Origin: Octopus vulgaris
Taxonomy: Eukaryota
Length of the DNA stretch: 64,000 bases
Assembly (NCBI GenBank): GCA_951406725.2
Contig: OX597821.1
Span: 88,412,001-88,476,000 of the forward strand
Reading direction: 5' to 3'
A program made the translations under genes and the position numbers. Below are positions 1-13,509 of this stretch, piece by piece. Below the pieces are notes generated by a model that was not told where the DNA came from, made no database searches, and was given only the letters and a program-made list of their open reading frames with translations. Numbering within the stretch: position 1 is the first letter of the stretch; the number at the start of each line of letters is the position of its first letter.

Positions 1-237
1 CTTCTTCTTCTTCTTCTTCTTCTTCTTCTCCTTCTTCTTCTTCTTCTTCTTCTTCTTCTTCTTCTCCTCCTTTCTCTTCTTCTTCTTCTTCTTCTCCTTC
101 TTCTTCTTCTTCTTCTTCTTCCTCCCCCTCCTCCTCCTCCTCCTCCCCTACTCTTCCCCCTCTTCCTCCTACTTCTCCTCCTTTACTGTCATTAATTCTT
201 CTTCTTATTGTTATTACTTCTATCGTCATCATCATCG

Positions 238-293
<56 letters not shown>

Positions 294-294
294 G

Positions 295-326
<32 letters not shown>

Positions 327-435
327 GTCGTCGTCCTCGTCGTCATCGTCGTCGTCATGATCACCATGATCATAACGATCCCCTTCCTCCACATCGTCGT
401 CATCATCATCGTCATCATCAACGTAATCATCGTCA
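1..435. repeat. (CTT)n/(CTC)n followed by (TCA)n trinucleotide microsatellites
   Basis: Tandem arrays seen directly; source of the poly-Asp ORF 192..392. Confidence 0.95.
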
Positions 436-688
436 TCGTGTACACTTCTGTTTTATTTCTTATAATTATATTGTTTGCTTAGCCATATGTTTCGTGTGTA
501 GGCCCACAACTACTTCATAAATGATGAGTTCCTGCGTTCCAGCCACTCATTGATAATGGTGAATTAGAGCCGAAGTTAAACTAAACTGATGCTGGTCTCT
601 TGTCGGTATTTTTCATTTCTTAGTTATTACTCGATTTTAGAAAACGTGCTTTTGGGCAAAATTTTCTACTGATATATATATATATATA

Positions 689-862
689 GGTAGAGTTTAC
701 GAAAAAAACAAAAGACGAAGACAGGTGTTGTACAAAACAAACAGATGTATTAGCATAGCGCTCAGGAATAGAAAAAGTCCTTTACGTTTCGAGCCTACGC
801 TCTTCAACAGAAAGGTACACAGAAAAAACAAGGAGAGAAACAAGGAGAGAAAAAAATATGTG
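689..862 (-). mobile_element. Short PLE pseudo-LTR-like repeat (family A) with minimal hammerhead-like motif, in (TA)n
   Basis: Similar copies at 2158-2340, 33310-33490 (opposite strand) and 57141-57340; minus strand 778-815 reads cttt CTGTTGA A GAGC-GTAG-GCTC GAAAC GTA aagg; 3' end abuts (TA)n. Confidence 0.7.
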
Positions 863-2054
863 TATATATATATAACGTATGTAATTGTAAAAATATAATT
901 ATAGTTAAGGGCTACTGAAAATGACCATCACCAATGCTAGAAGTAGATGTCAAATATCAACAACCCACTCCAAATTTTGTTCTTATATTCAAACACAGGT
1001 AGGAACGCGAAGGAATGAGCAAGAAAATACAAAAAAAATATTTCATATTTCTATACCTCGAGATTTCACGCTCTGCAAAAAAAATTGCTTTGTGATCTTC
1101 AGTAGAACATACCATTAATATATAAGCGAGGATTATATATACCCACTGATAAATCCAACCGTAGATACCAATGTACATATACATCTACTGCATATGCGTT
1201 TCATCTTCCAGCCTACCTCGACCATGTGGATTATGTCAGAAGTCATATGGGGTAAATGCAATCCCGCATTAATATATTCTGACACAAGAGAACTTCTAAA
1301 TGTGTATATATATGTGTGTGTTATGTTTGTCTGTTTGTGTTTGTGTGTGTGTGTGTGTGTAAAAAAACGCATGTTGGCAATAAGAGTGTAGCAATCTACG
1401 CTTACTTCTGTTCGTACAGGGTCAAGATTTCAAATGATAATGCGAAAGATAAACATCATGGTCATCCAGGAACTGTTGGTGACAGTGATTTTTATTACAG
1501 TATATCTATATTTACCTATATAAATTTTTTGACTAATTCTGAAATTAAATCAGCAGTTTATATTTGTTGCGATTACGGTGGTTTTTGAAAATTTAGAGTA
1601 TATATTCCCGAGGCACCGATGCTACTGCCTCGTAAATATTTATTCCTCCTGGCTTCTTTGCCGATGAGACGAGCCATTGGTAGATTGACTTGATTAAATT
1701 TAATTTAATTTAATTAGGCTGGTTTGCCATAAAGTACGTCGAAACAATACATTGTCCAAAGATAAATAGTGTAAATGTTTTTTAATTTTCCTTTGATTTC
1801 TGAATTACTACTATTTAGCGGTTTAGAGTCTTGGCTGCTCTTTCTAGTTGGTCGAATGGCCTATCGGGGTCGTTCCTTAATATTGTTGAATATATAAATA
1901 TATGTGTGTACTTGCCTGTGTTTGTGTATATATGCTTCTAAATATACTAAACCTGTGTATATATTGATGCGTATGTATATATATATATATATATACATAT
2001 GGCGATATACATTTATATATATAGGACTCCATGTATGTATATATATATATATAT

Positions 2055-2109
<55 letters not shown>

Positions 2110-2157
2110 TAAATTAACTGTGTATATATTGATGCTTATGTATATATATATATGTAT

Positions 2158-2340
2158 AACGGGAAAGTTTACGAAAATAAACAAAAGACGAAGGCAGGTG
2201 GAGTACAAACAAACCTATGTATTAGTATAGCGCTCAGGAATAGAAATAGAAAAAGTCTTTTACGTTTCGAGCCTACGCTCTTCAACAGAAAGATACACAG
2301 AAAAAACAAGGAGAGAAAAAAATGCGTGTAGGATCTAACG
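2158..2340 (-). mobile_element. Family A PLE-like short repeat with minimal hammerhead-like motif
   Basis: Aligns with 689-862; motif at about 2257-2292; 3' end at TA tract. Confidence 0.7.
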
Positions 2341-2343
2341 ATC

Positions 2344-2505
<162 letters not shown>

Positions 2506-2529
2506 TAGATGTATCTCACTCTCTGTATA

Positions 2530-3038
2530 TATATATGTCCCATATTTGAACTTTTTCTGTCAACCCCTCAAATGTAATATTTCTTCCCTGAAGACAGAGG
2601 CTCGTCTCACCAGACGATGGAATCAATCTACATACATCATTTTGGACCATCGAACCCCCAGAAACAACTGTTGGATTTGTAATACTTCTCTTCAAATTCT
2701 TCAACTCCTTTAATTCTTGATATTTCTCTTCTGTATAAGAATTCTTTGTATGCAAACGTACATACATTTTTTTTTGTATTTCATGTATTTAATATACTTT
2801 GTATATTGACCTGCCGAAATTGCTTCTTCTTGTATTTACTCCTCTATGCCCTCAGGTTTTAAATTTTTGAGTACTACTCAGTGTATTCTATACGGAGAAT
2901 ATTTGATTCTCATCTATGATCTATATCAGCTGATTGGTAAGATTAGCTGTGATGGATATTTAATACAATACATTTCGAATAATATACATACTCTATTGTG
3001 CATCTTTTCCCTCATGGTTCTTAAACGACTCACGCTCG

Positions 3039-3040
<2 letters not shown>
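2530..3040 (+). mobile_element. Degenerate PLE-like terminal fragment with HHR-like motif (2585-2675)
   Basis: tcc CTGAAGA ...long loop... GAAAC AACT GTT gga; ends at (TA)n at about 3041. Confidence 0.45.
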
Positions 3041-3082
<42 letters not shown>

Positions 3083-3086
<4 letters not shown>

Positions 3087-3910
3087 ATACGTGACATTTA
3101 CTCAATAGTCAAGATAAAACTCTGAGTTTTGGATGCCGAAGTGGAAATCCACAACACCATCTCTTCGGTTATCTGGCCATCTGAAAAACGCTATGAAACA
3201 ATACCGTTATATAAAGGGAAATTACTGTATTATAATTCTGCTCGCGAACCCACGTGCGTACTTATACGTCACTATGAAAACGTACACATCTTCACTCGCA
3301 TTTTTCGCCAAATATATACGCATATATATACAAACTCATACACACACACATGCGTACCGTAAAAGTTCATACATACGTCTATATACGCACAAGCACAAGA
3401 AAAACATGGTTAAAAGTAACAGAAAAAAACATAAGGAAGTATACAAAGCATAAAAACCACGTTCATATACGGACATGCCCCTATGCACTCATACACACAC
3501 GCCCATATATGTACATACCCGCACATATTTATATACGCATACATACACACGCATATACAAAAAATGAATATACATATGTCCCTCCCCCCCAAAAAAAAAA
3601 TGGAAAAATACTAAGTAAAAACGTCTATATATATATGTGCATTCTTATGCCCGCACACACGTACACATCTATATATAGACGTTTGCACATATATATTTAG
3701 ACGTTTATATAACGGTATTTTTTCATTGCGTTTTTCAGATGGCCAGATAACCGAAGAGATGGTGTTGTGGATTTCCACTTCGGCATCTGAAATTCAAAGT
3801 TTTATCTTGACTATTGAGTAAATGTAATATATTATTTTATAGATAAATTTCCTCTATTTACATAATATTGAGGTCTCTTTCTTTCTTTTGTTATCTTACC
3901 GTTTTTACCA
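3083..3910 (+). mobile_element. Fold-back PLE-like insertion: about 130-bp inverted repeats (about 3083-3215 and 3704-3835), each with a degenerate HHR; flanked by (TA)n
   Basis: The two arms are reverse complements; combined consensus agataa CCGAAGA GATG...CATC(C) GAAAC TCAGA GTT ttatct. Confidence 0.75.
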
Positions 3911-3911
3911 A

Positions 3912-3999
<88 letters not shown>

Positions 4000-4099
4000 C
4001 ATATAATCAACGGTAAAATCGTTGATGCGATTTTATCAAGTAACCAGCATTTAATAAATCATATACGTAACAATTAATGCAAAATATATAATTATATAA

Positions 4100-4725
4100 A
4101 TATAATTATAATGAGAGCACTAATGAGTAGCTGGAAATAGGCTACAAATGGTTAAAAATATACATTACTCAGAGAGCTTTAGCACGGGCTGAAAGCGAGG
4201 GAAGTAAAGAAAACATTTTTTTTTTAAAAGGGCTTAACTATAAATGGATTTAGAGTTTACAAATGTAAATCCGTTTACAGTCATTAGTACATAATCATAA
4301 AAATTTATACATCCGAGTAAAACGTATTCACAAGCGCATATACAAATGGTCGCAATTATATACAAGTTAAATACAATATTTTGCCGCATACGCATGTGGT
4401 TGAGGTGAATGAATTAGATTTAAATTGTATAAAAATATGAACATTTGTATATGCGCTTCTGGATACGTGCTATTCGTATGGTTATGTATAAATTTTTATA
4501 ATTATGTACAATGTGTTATACTATACTGATGACAGTAAAGGGATTTAATCTCTAAACTAGACATCAATCGATCTATAGTTAAACCCATTAAAAAAATCCT
4601 TTTTGTTCACTTCCCTTGCTTCAACCTGTGCTAAAAGGGTAAATAATGTAGTTCTTATAGCCATTTGTCATCTATTTCTATCATGTGACACTACTCATTA
4701 ACGCCCTTTTTATAATCATATATAT
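4100..4725. mobile_element. Old imperfect fold-back (about 600-bp palindrome) with a decayed HHR-like motif at about 4521-4578
   Basis: Paired arms, e.g. aagcgcatatacaaatg/catttgtatatgcgctt, taatgagtag/ctactcatta, tttagcacgggctgaa/ttcaacctgtgctaaa; ctata CTGATGA ... atc tatag. Confidence 0.6.
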
Positions 4726-4727
4726 AT

Positions 4728-4930
4728 GTGACTGCGTGTGTATCGTTGGCGATTTTTTCCCCTCCGCCTTCCCTCCTTGGATCTTTCCTTTTTCTATGTT
4801 ACTGACGAAGTGCTCCGCTCGAAACGTTAAATCCTCCTTCTTTCTTTCCTTTTTTGATCGTCCAATAACACTATACTTGTTCCACGTCCTCGCGTTGCTG
4901 TGTTTTCTCTTTGTGCTTTCATGTTTGGAT

Positions 4931-4935
<5 letters not shown>
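4728..4935 (+). mobile_element. Short PLE pLTR-like repeat (related to family A) with minimal HHR at 4799-4831
   Basis: CTGACGA AGTGC-TCC-GCTC GAAAC GTT aa with self-complementary AACGTT; ends at (TA)n. Confidence 0.6.
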
Positions 4936-4992
<57 letters not shown>

Positions 4993-4994
<2 letters not shown>

Positions 4995-5381
4995 CGCAGG
5001 AATGGCTGTGTGGTAAGTAGCTTGCTAACGAACCACATGGTTCCGGGTTCAGTCCCACTGCTTGGCATCTTGGGCAAGTGTCTTCTGCTATAGCCCCGGG
5101 CCGACCAATGCCTTGTGAGTAGATTTGGTAGACGGAAACTGAAAGAAGCCTGTCGTATATATGTATATATATGTATGTGTGTGTTTGTGTGTCTGTGTTT
5201 GTCCCCCTAGCATCGCTTGACAACCGATGCTGGTGTGTTTACGTCCCCGTCACAAAAAAGAGACCGATAGAATAAGTACTGGCTTACAAAGAATAAGTCC
5301 CGGGGTCGAGTTGCTCGATTAAAGGCGGTGCTCCAGCATGGCCGCAGTCAAATGACTGAAACAAGTAAAAGATAAAAGAAG
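4993..5381 (+). mobile_element. tRNA-derived SINE, family 1 (full length)
   Basis: A-box-like TGGCTGTGTGG, B-box-like GGTTCAGTCCC, CORE-like cttgggcaagtgtctt, internal TA/TG tract, AGTAAAAG-type tail; many copies in window. Confidence 0.9.
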
Positions 5382-5548
5382 ATATATATATATACAAAAT
5401 GAGAAAATGGAGAAATATATCTAAATCAGTCATCAACTATCAGATAATACCGAATCAATACTTTATTACAACACTACACAATAGCAATGATATTATACAT
5501 TAATATAGTACAAATATAACAAGACATAGAAATACATTTACATTGTAG

Positions 5549-5657
5549 CTGACAGCTGTTTCGGCCATGAAGATAGGTATGTCTCATTTAACCTATTAGC
5601 CATATAATGCAGGTATAAATGAGACATTAATAAGAATATCTTACGGCCTCTTCAGAG
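5549..5657 (-). ncRNA. Type I hammerhead ribozyme, canonical core, inside a TA-flanked PLE-like fragment (about 5393-5740)
   Basis: ct CTGAAGA GGCC [loop containing tgtctcattta/taaatgagaca hairpin] GGCC GAAAC AGCT GTC ag; palindromic stem III ACAGCTGT, GUC cleavage triplet. Confidence 0.75.
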
Positions 5658-6750
5658 ATTTTAATGCAAGTATGAGTACAAATCCTAAATAATTTACATA
5701 TAAATATAAATATGTGTGCATACATACTCATATTCTTACATATATATATATACACAATAATTCAATATAAACAATATAGATCAATATACATCAACAAACA
5801 CAATAATGTTCCATATTGAACTCCACAGCTCCTCAAACAACATCAAGAAACCACAACAGACACACTCACACTCAAAGCAGGCATATATATTGAACAGTCC
5901 AATATATTAAAATGTGTCATTTCACAAAAAGTCAATAAAGTTAATAAAGTTAATACCACCACCACGGTACCATCCAATGCCAGCGGACATCCGCATATAT
6001 AGGCAATCAGTCGAATTCCTCTGCTTGCATGGTATTAATTTTCACAGATGGATTCGATTGGCCTATACTTTTAAATTTGAATTACAATAGAAATTTTACG
6101 GTTAGTTAGCTAGGAAACATACACACGCGCACGCACATCCGCAAAACGTGCGCACATACATACATAGTCATATGTATACACACACACACACCCACACACA
6201 TACACACATACACACAGACATACCCACATACACAACCAAATCATAAATAAATAAATAAATAAATAAATAACATAAGAGGTACTATCCCAACTATACTCAT
6301 GCAAACAGAGGAACTCAACCGGTTGCACATACATGCATGCAGCCATCCACCCGCACCGGACGGCACCATGGTTGTGGTATTAACTAAGTATTTACAAACA
6401 GATCCACTCACATATGTCCATAAATCCGTAAATGCAATCATACATATAATTATACCCAGATGGAGAGTGTAATTTGTCATAAGGTACATAATTCATGTGA
6501 CACCGTATTTTTCGAAAACAAAATATTTTAGAACTAAAAATGTCCGCATCTTTACCGCTATGTTTCATTCAAACATTTACTAAATTATAAAATATAGAAA
6601 ACCTGTTTATGTTTGTCTATCAAAAGACATAAAAATACATATATACTAAGTTAACAGAGGTTTATAATAATTAAATTATAAGAAATTAATTGTAAAAAGT
6701 CAAATACGCTAATATTCTAAGATATATATATTTATATACCTATCACTTAC

Positions 6751-6888
6751 AACCAAACATGTAAAGTCCTGCAGCAAGTATACCATGTTTTTGCCAATAG
6801 ATCGACGAAGTAATATCGTAGCGAGCAGTGATTGGCAGACTCTCGGAAGCAGTAAGCATACTTCGTTCGACCTTCAGCTCCACGGCGC
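6751..6888 (-). CDS. Candidate internal coding exon (138 bp, symmetric), product unknown
   Basis: Acceptor tgctatcctctttag| and donor |GTAAGT; raised GC; phase-1 frame AVELKVERSMLTASESLPITARYDITSSIYWQKHGILAAGLYMFG is open, as is a phase-2 frame; no family recognised. Confidence 0.5.
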
Positions 6889-8685
6889 CTAAAGAGGATA
6901 GCAGACCATTGATAATCGTACTGACCGTTTAAATTCATGTAGATATGTCTATAGTTATATGACTTAAATATTATTTCGCTAGTAATTAAATTGCAAGCTG
7001 CAAAGTTTTAGTTTAAGTGTATTGGTGTTGGTGGGGAAGCTACAAATGAAAAGTAACCAACCAGATGTAATTCGAGCAATGTGATACAGAATAGAAGTAG
7101 TCGGTGTTGATCTCAATATGATATAGACAGCAAAGATTAACATAACCGTTGTTCGTATTTACAGAATCGAGTTTATATTTCATATTTGCATTAATAAACG
7201 TTTGAGAATATTTATAAGAGTTCTTTGGTAGCCAAATATACCGCAAATTACAGTTGAACGTCTTAGTTGGTGCTTCTCTTTGAAATTTCCTTTCTTCTTT
7301 CTGCCTTTCCCTGTTTCACCGTACGTCTTTTCATTTTCTTTAGCATCGAAACAGATAACCTTCAAGTGACTGTTGGTATCTTATGCATAACAGGTGTGCA
7401 GTTTACTCTCACCCGTTAGTCTAATTACTTCTGTTCTTATGCCGACAATGGATCACTTCTCCAGCATGACGCAGTTTTCTTCAGAGGTTGTAAATATTTC
7501 TCAGGTCTCCTTCACTTCATCTATCCCATAACTTTGTATTTGCTATCTACCTGTATTGTGTTAAGATGCGCCAGGTGTAAATATCACTGAAAATAGCTCT
7601 TAGTCTTATCCTTATACTGTGATGGCCCATTTCAGCACATACCTATACACCACTGTGTATCACACTTATGAGGAGTTCGATCTTGCACATACCCTGCACT
7701 ACTTGCTATACAACATACCGATACATAAATCACCCACACCTCTCTTTGTACTTACATAGAAAGTCCATTCTCTTTATTAAGCAGAGCAAATACATGTCAA
7801 CTTAATCCTTTTTCACTCTTGGAAAAAATTCAGGGGACCAGGAAATAGCTGTCTCTTTTGAGAAATCGCTACCATTTTCTGCCAGGCAGGAATTTGTTTA
7901 TATTCAAAATTAATTTGTTGCAAATATCTGTTGCCAAGCTCTTACCATTTTAAAATTCTCGTTCCGCAGAACGTTTACAGTGTGTGAGAGTTATTGATGT
8001 TACCGTTGCCATTCTTCTTGTGTGATATTGTTTTGCATTTGTTATTATTATCGATACAAAATTCATTACTGATTTCATTTTTTTTTTCATTCTAATTGAA
8101 TGTGTTCTGCAAAGCATTCATGTTGATATTATTTTTTCTTGTTTACTGTCTGCGCAAACATGTTTGTTACTATTTAATATTCTAGAGGCGTTCCTGCTCG
8201 GAGACTCCATTTTGTCAATTTACGAATGAAGAAAATATTTTCATACGAGAAAAAAATTATGCAAATAATTAAATAGGCACTTGCTTATGTAGTAATTCCA
8301 CCTGAGGTTAACACTTTTTGACTTAAATCCTGCTCAGTAAAGCCAACATCAAGCGAGCTCAACCTACAAACCATTACCTATTGAATTCATTTAAAAAAGG
8401 TGAACAAAAACAGTGCCGAAGCCAACGACAACAACAACAATTATTATCATCAGTAACATTGACACAAACCTCCAATTTGTGTAATGTGGAATAGTTTATT
8501 GTAACGACACTAACATTTGTGCTATTTTTGTCTACTTCAGACTGACGAAAGACGAAGTTAGCAGCGGGGATTAAAAGATAGAACACAACAGAATCGAAGT
8601 AGATAAAATACTATTCTCGTTGATTTGCTTCACTAAAACGAGCAAAAATATTCCAGCTATTACTATCCCGTTATATCAGAAGTAT

Positions 8686-9099
8686 GTAGGAGTGGCTGTG
8701 TGGTAAGTAGCTTGCTTACAAACCACATTGTTCCGGGTTCAGTCTCACTGCGTGGCACCTTGGGCAAGTGTTTTCTACTATAGCCTCGGGCCGACCAAAG
8801 CCTTGTGAGTGGATTTGGTAGACGGAAACTGAAAGAAGCCCGTCGTATATATGTATATATATGTATATGTATGTGTGTGTTTGTGTGTCTGTGTTTGTCC
8901 CCCTAGCATTGCTTGACAACCGATGCTGGTGTGTTTACATCCCCGTAACTTAATGGTTCAGCAAAAGAGACCGATAGAATAAGTACTGGGCTTACAAAGA
9001 ATAAGTCCCGAGGTCGAGTTGCTCGATTTAAAGCGGTGCTCCAGCATGGGTACAGTCAAATGACTGAAACAAGTAAAAGAGAGAGAGAGAGTAAAGAGA
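8686..9099 (+). mobile_element. SINE family 1
   Basis: Aligns with 4993-5381. Confidence 0.9.
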
Positions 9100-9510
9100 A
9101 ATGTACATTGTCCTTATATAAAGGGATTGTGTGTGAGAGTTAATATAAACTTGTCTTATAATATTTGCAGAAGATTGACCATGTCGAGTTTCACTTATGT
9201 TTCCAAATAAATTGTACTATTTTTATCCGACGCTCCATCTAACTAAATTATTTATTCTCCACTGAACTAAACACAGGTATATATAATTACTCAATCAATC
9301 AAATACACTAACTAACACATTAAGACAATTTATATACGTGCTCCGATCAAACATGATTCCATAGCATGCAAAAAGATACACAACATGTTTAAGACATTTC
9401 TTTATTCGGATATCATGGATATCATTATCATGGATTCTTTATCATGGATATGTAAATACCTACGTACATACAAACATAGGTGCTGCGAAACACCTACATA
9501 ATTACGCATA

Positions 9511-9544
<34 letters not shown>

Positions 9545-9560
9545 TATACACACACATACA

Positions 9561-9967
9561 GGCGCAGGAGTGGCTGTGTAGTATGTAGCTTGCTTACCAA
9601 CCACATGGTTCCGGGTTCAGTTCCACTGCGTGACACCTTTGGCAAGTGTCTTCTACTATAGCCTCGGGCCGACCAGAGCCTTGTGAGTGGATTTTGTAGA
9701 CGGAAACTGAAAGAAGCCCGTCGTATATATGTATATATATATATATGTTTGCGTGTATGTTTGTGAGTCTGTGTTTGTCCCTCTAGCAGTGGTTGACAAC
9801 CGTGCTGGTGTGTTTATGTCCCCGTCACTCAGCGGTTCGGCAAAAGAGACCGATAGAATAAGTACTGGGCTTACAAAGAATAAGTCCCGGGGTCGAGTTG
9901 CTTGACTAACGGCGGTGCTCCAGCATGGCCGCAGTCAACTTACTGTAACAAGTAAAAGAGTAAAGAG
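9561..9967 (+). mobile_element. SINE family 1
   Basis: Aligns with 4993-5381. Confidence 0.9.
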
Positions 9968-10910
9968 TGTACACACGCATTCATGCTTATATATTTGCAA
10001 ACACATAGACACTCGCTTACATTCTTTTACATATCAATATAAAACGAAAAAAGATTTTCTCTCATGTAAACGCGTAAATGTATTAAGACTTTCTTTTACT
10101 CATGCCGATACCTTGTAATTCACACAGGCATCCATACCTACTTATACGTTTACAATGTATGCTCAGATATAGGCAGATATAGTCCATGAAGGACAACTTG
10201 TTTATTCGACCGCGTCTAGACTATGGATTTCTGCTCTAACAACTTAATTATCATAAAAATCTACCCGCTTTATAATCATGTATCTTTTTCTAATATCAGT
10301 AACCATCTGTATCGTATCGGTAAAGCAAGACTATTTAAAACTTCCTCAACTACGTCACACAACTGTAACCTTTTGCGAACTTCAGTGAAAGCAATATTGA
10401 CGCTCTTCATATCTGTATAACATCAAAAATTGTTTGGTATTGACACTTTCAGGAGTTTGATGTAAGAATGCTTTATTGCTATCTGTGGTTATAGGACTCT
10501 GTTCCACACACATTTTGTACAAACCCGTCTCCTCTTCAGCAGTGAACAGGATTGAAAATTTGAAATAAATAGAAAATATGCGCAACTTTCTTCTGTTTGC
10601 TCGTTAAATATGACTAGGAAATCGGCTCACATAGAGAAATAGTAAACCCTCAGTCAATATTCAATATTAAATAGAAGCATAACCACAGTGCCAGTTTTCA
10701 ATCCGTTTATTTGGTAAGCGTGATGTGTAGCACCGGTTTGCTCAAACCTCAAAGTGCACAACCATGATGCATGTTTTAAGTGCCATTTACAGATTTAAAA
10801 TTATATACTCGAAAGACAAATCAAAATCGGGGTGTCCCATATATCGGCTTCGATAATGGAGAAAAAATGGCCTAATTAAAAATGTTTTGATTCTATGAAC
10901 ATAGAAGTTC

Positions 10911-11296
10911 AGGAGTGGCTGTGTGGTAAGTAGCTTGCTAACCAATCACATGGTTCCGGGTTCAGTCCCACTGCGTGGCACCTTGGGCAAGTGTCTTCTA
11001 CTATAGCCCCGGGCCGACCAATGCCTTGTGAGTGGATTTGGTAGACGGAAACTGAAAGAAGCCTGCCGTATATATGTATATATATATATGTATGTGTGTG
11101 TTTGTGTGTCTGTGTTTGTCCCCCTTGCATTGCTTGACAACCGTCCCCGTGAAATTAGCGGTTCGGCAAAACACACCGATAGAATAAGTACTGGGCTTAC
11201 AAAGAATAAGTCCCGGGGTCGAGTTGCTCGACTAAAGGCGGTGCTCCAGCATGGCCGCAGTCAAATGACTGAAACAAGTAAAAGAGTAAAAAAGAG
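10911..11296 (+). mobile_element. SINE family 1
   Basis: Aligns with 4993-5381, small internal deletion. Confidence 0.9.
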
Positions 11297-11954
11297 TATA
11301 TAAAAGAAATAGAAAATGAGAATGGAGCACAAATACGAAAGACAATAATGAGTGCAGTAAACCTCGAACTCAGTGACTTAACATTTTCACGACGCAAGCC
11401 AAATTCATCAAAGCAAGTAAAAACAAAAATTATCTCTTCATCAATAAGCGAGATTAAAATTAGAGCCAAATATATTAACTCCAAGTGTTTTCTATAAGTT
11501 CGTTAAATATAGCAAGAAAATTAACTCCCATGCAAAAATATTAGTCTTTTTGCTAATGTAAAATACTAACGAGTATATGTATGACAGAACATGACATCAA
11601 TTTTTCTCATATTATCAAATCAAGCACAAACACACACACGCAAATACATACACGCTCACCCACATGCACTTTCTCACTTTCTCTCGATTAATCACACACA
11701 GTGACGTACATAATACGTATATATGTATATAATATACATATTTGTTGTCTTATTTTTATTGTATGGCGATATTTATTACGAAAGCTAGAGGACGATGGAG
11801 AATAATTAACTAATATTAATGCTATTTTCCCTGCAAAAAACGTTAACGAGAATTTTAATTATTTCGGTAATTACAATTTGGCTGGAATAAAATAGATACA
11901 TATAAAGATTCATTAAAGCATTAGCAACATCACCAGTAGTAACGATTGCGTTAC

Positions 11955-12350
11955 TTTGTTGGCAGAATAGTTAGAGCACTGGAGAAAATTTCTACCGTCT
12001 TTAGTTCAATTTCCTGTGCAGCCGCCATCGCCTTTCATCGTTTTGAAGTCAGTACCTTAGCTAGCAGTAAAAATCTGTGATCCATAAACCCAGTCAAATT
12101 CCTCTCTCAAATGTGTTTCTTTGTGTCTAACTTAAAATTTTTATTACAAGAGGAAAGAAGGCGCGAGCAGACAGAATCGTTAGCAGGCCATCCAACGCTC
12201 TGTGTTCAAATGTCATCGAGGTCATCGTTGCCTTTCAGCCCTTCGGTAGTTGATAAAACAGGTACCATTTGAGCTCTTGGGTAGATGAAATTGGGTATAG
12301 CACACTGTTCCCAAAATTTCAAGCCTTATGCCTAAAGTAGCAAGAATTAT
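11955..12350 (+). mobile_element. Two decayed copies of SINE family 2 (Meta-domain-like)
   Basis: ggcagaatagttagagcac and gcctttca(t/g)c motifs matching the reverse complement of the 22.8-23.5 kb units. Confidence 0.5.
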
Positions 12351-13509
12351 TACAGTCGCAATAGAGAATCGCAGAAGTAATACATTCAAACTGGTGCTAT
12401 GTTAAAATTCCTAATTCTTATTTGCATACCTGCCATGGTCAGCTGTGACACACACACAAACACACACAGACACGCACACACATACACACACACATGCGTG
12501 CATGTGTATGTATGTTATTAACAACATCTAGAAGAAGGTCCTTTTTTCCCCTCACCAAAATGAATGGAGCTTTGACCAGGAGAAACTGATGTCATGAGAC
12601 GGTATCCAACGATTTATGCAGCACCAATTTCTTATCACGGACGAGAGGGCCTGGAAAAGGTTTATTTACCATGACCTATCTTAGATACCGTGACCTATAG
12701 AGTTGATACTGTAGATATTAAGTTCAACGAATGACAAATTGAACCACTGTACATCATCCTTCCTAGTCAGCTCTCATCCAATATCAACGGTTTTCATTTT
12801 GTTGAAATGCGATTAGTAATGAATTTATAATAAATAGTAATTAAAAAAAAAACATCTACAGTAAGTTATGGAAACTTGAGTTATAAGATTCCGAGAGATT
12901 ATTTTGAACAAGCAGAGCAAAATTTCTGAATGATTTTCATTATAAGTGCAGTTCTTTTGAAACAAGTTTTTGCCATATATTCAGAAGTAATCATACGCAT
13001 GTGAAGATACACATTCACACACGAACACAGACACACGGGCAGACAGGCATGCTATAAGTGCTTATAGATATATAAGCACTTATATCCATACACGTAGAAA
13101 ATCCTATTAAGTGGTGCCATTAAGTTAGACATGGCCTGGGTCAATCTTTGATCGAAACATATCTAAGGCATCTAAGTTATCATACATAAACAACCCCACT
13201 CTCTCTCACAGAAACTCATTTATTCATAAACGTATTCTTACATATCTATATACATACCTCGATTAAGATTTCACAGGCTTCATCGGTAGGGTATTTTTTA
13301 AGTATCTGATCGGCTTGTACATCTTGAAGATCTCAGTTAACCTTGCCGTGAAAGTATAAGAAATCTGACAGCATAAACTGACATTCCATCACAGAGAATA
13401 TGTACTCCTCGTATGAAGGAACACGATACAGCCAATGAGAAAGTGTCTTAGCTTTAGCTCAACCTGCTAGAAATAGGAGCTAAATTTTTCCCATATCACA
13501 CTCTACCAT

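Noticed and set aside
1130-1550. Possible exons on either strand
   Set aside because: Splice-like sites give frames with stops or no coherent product
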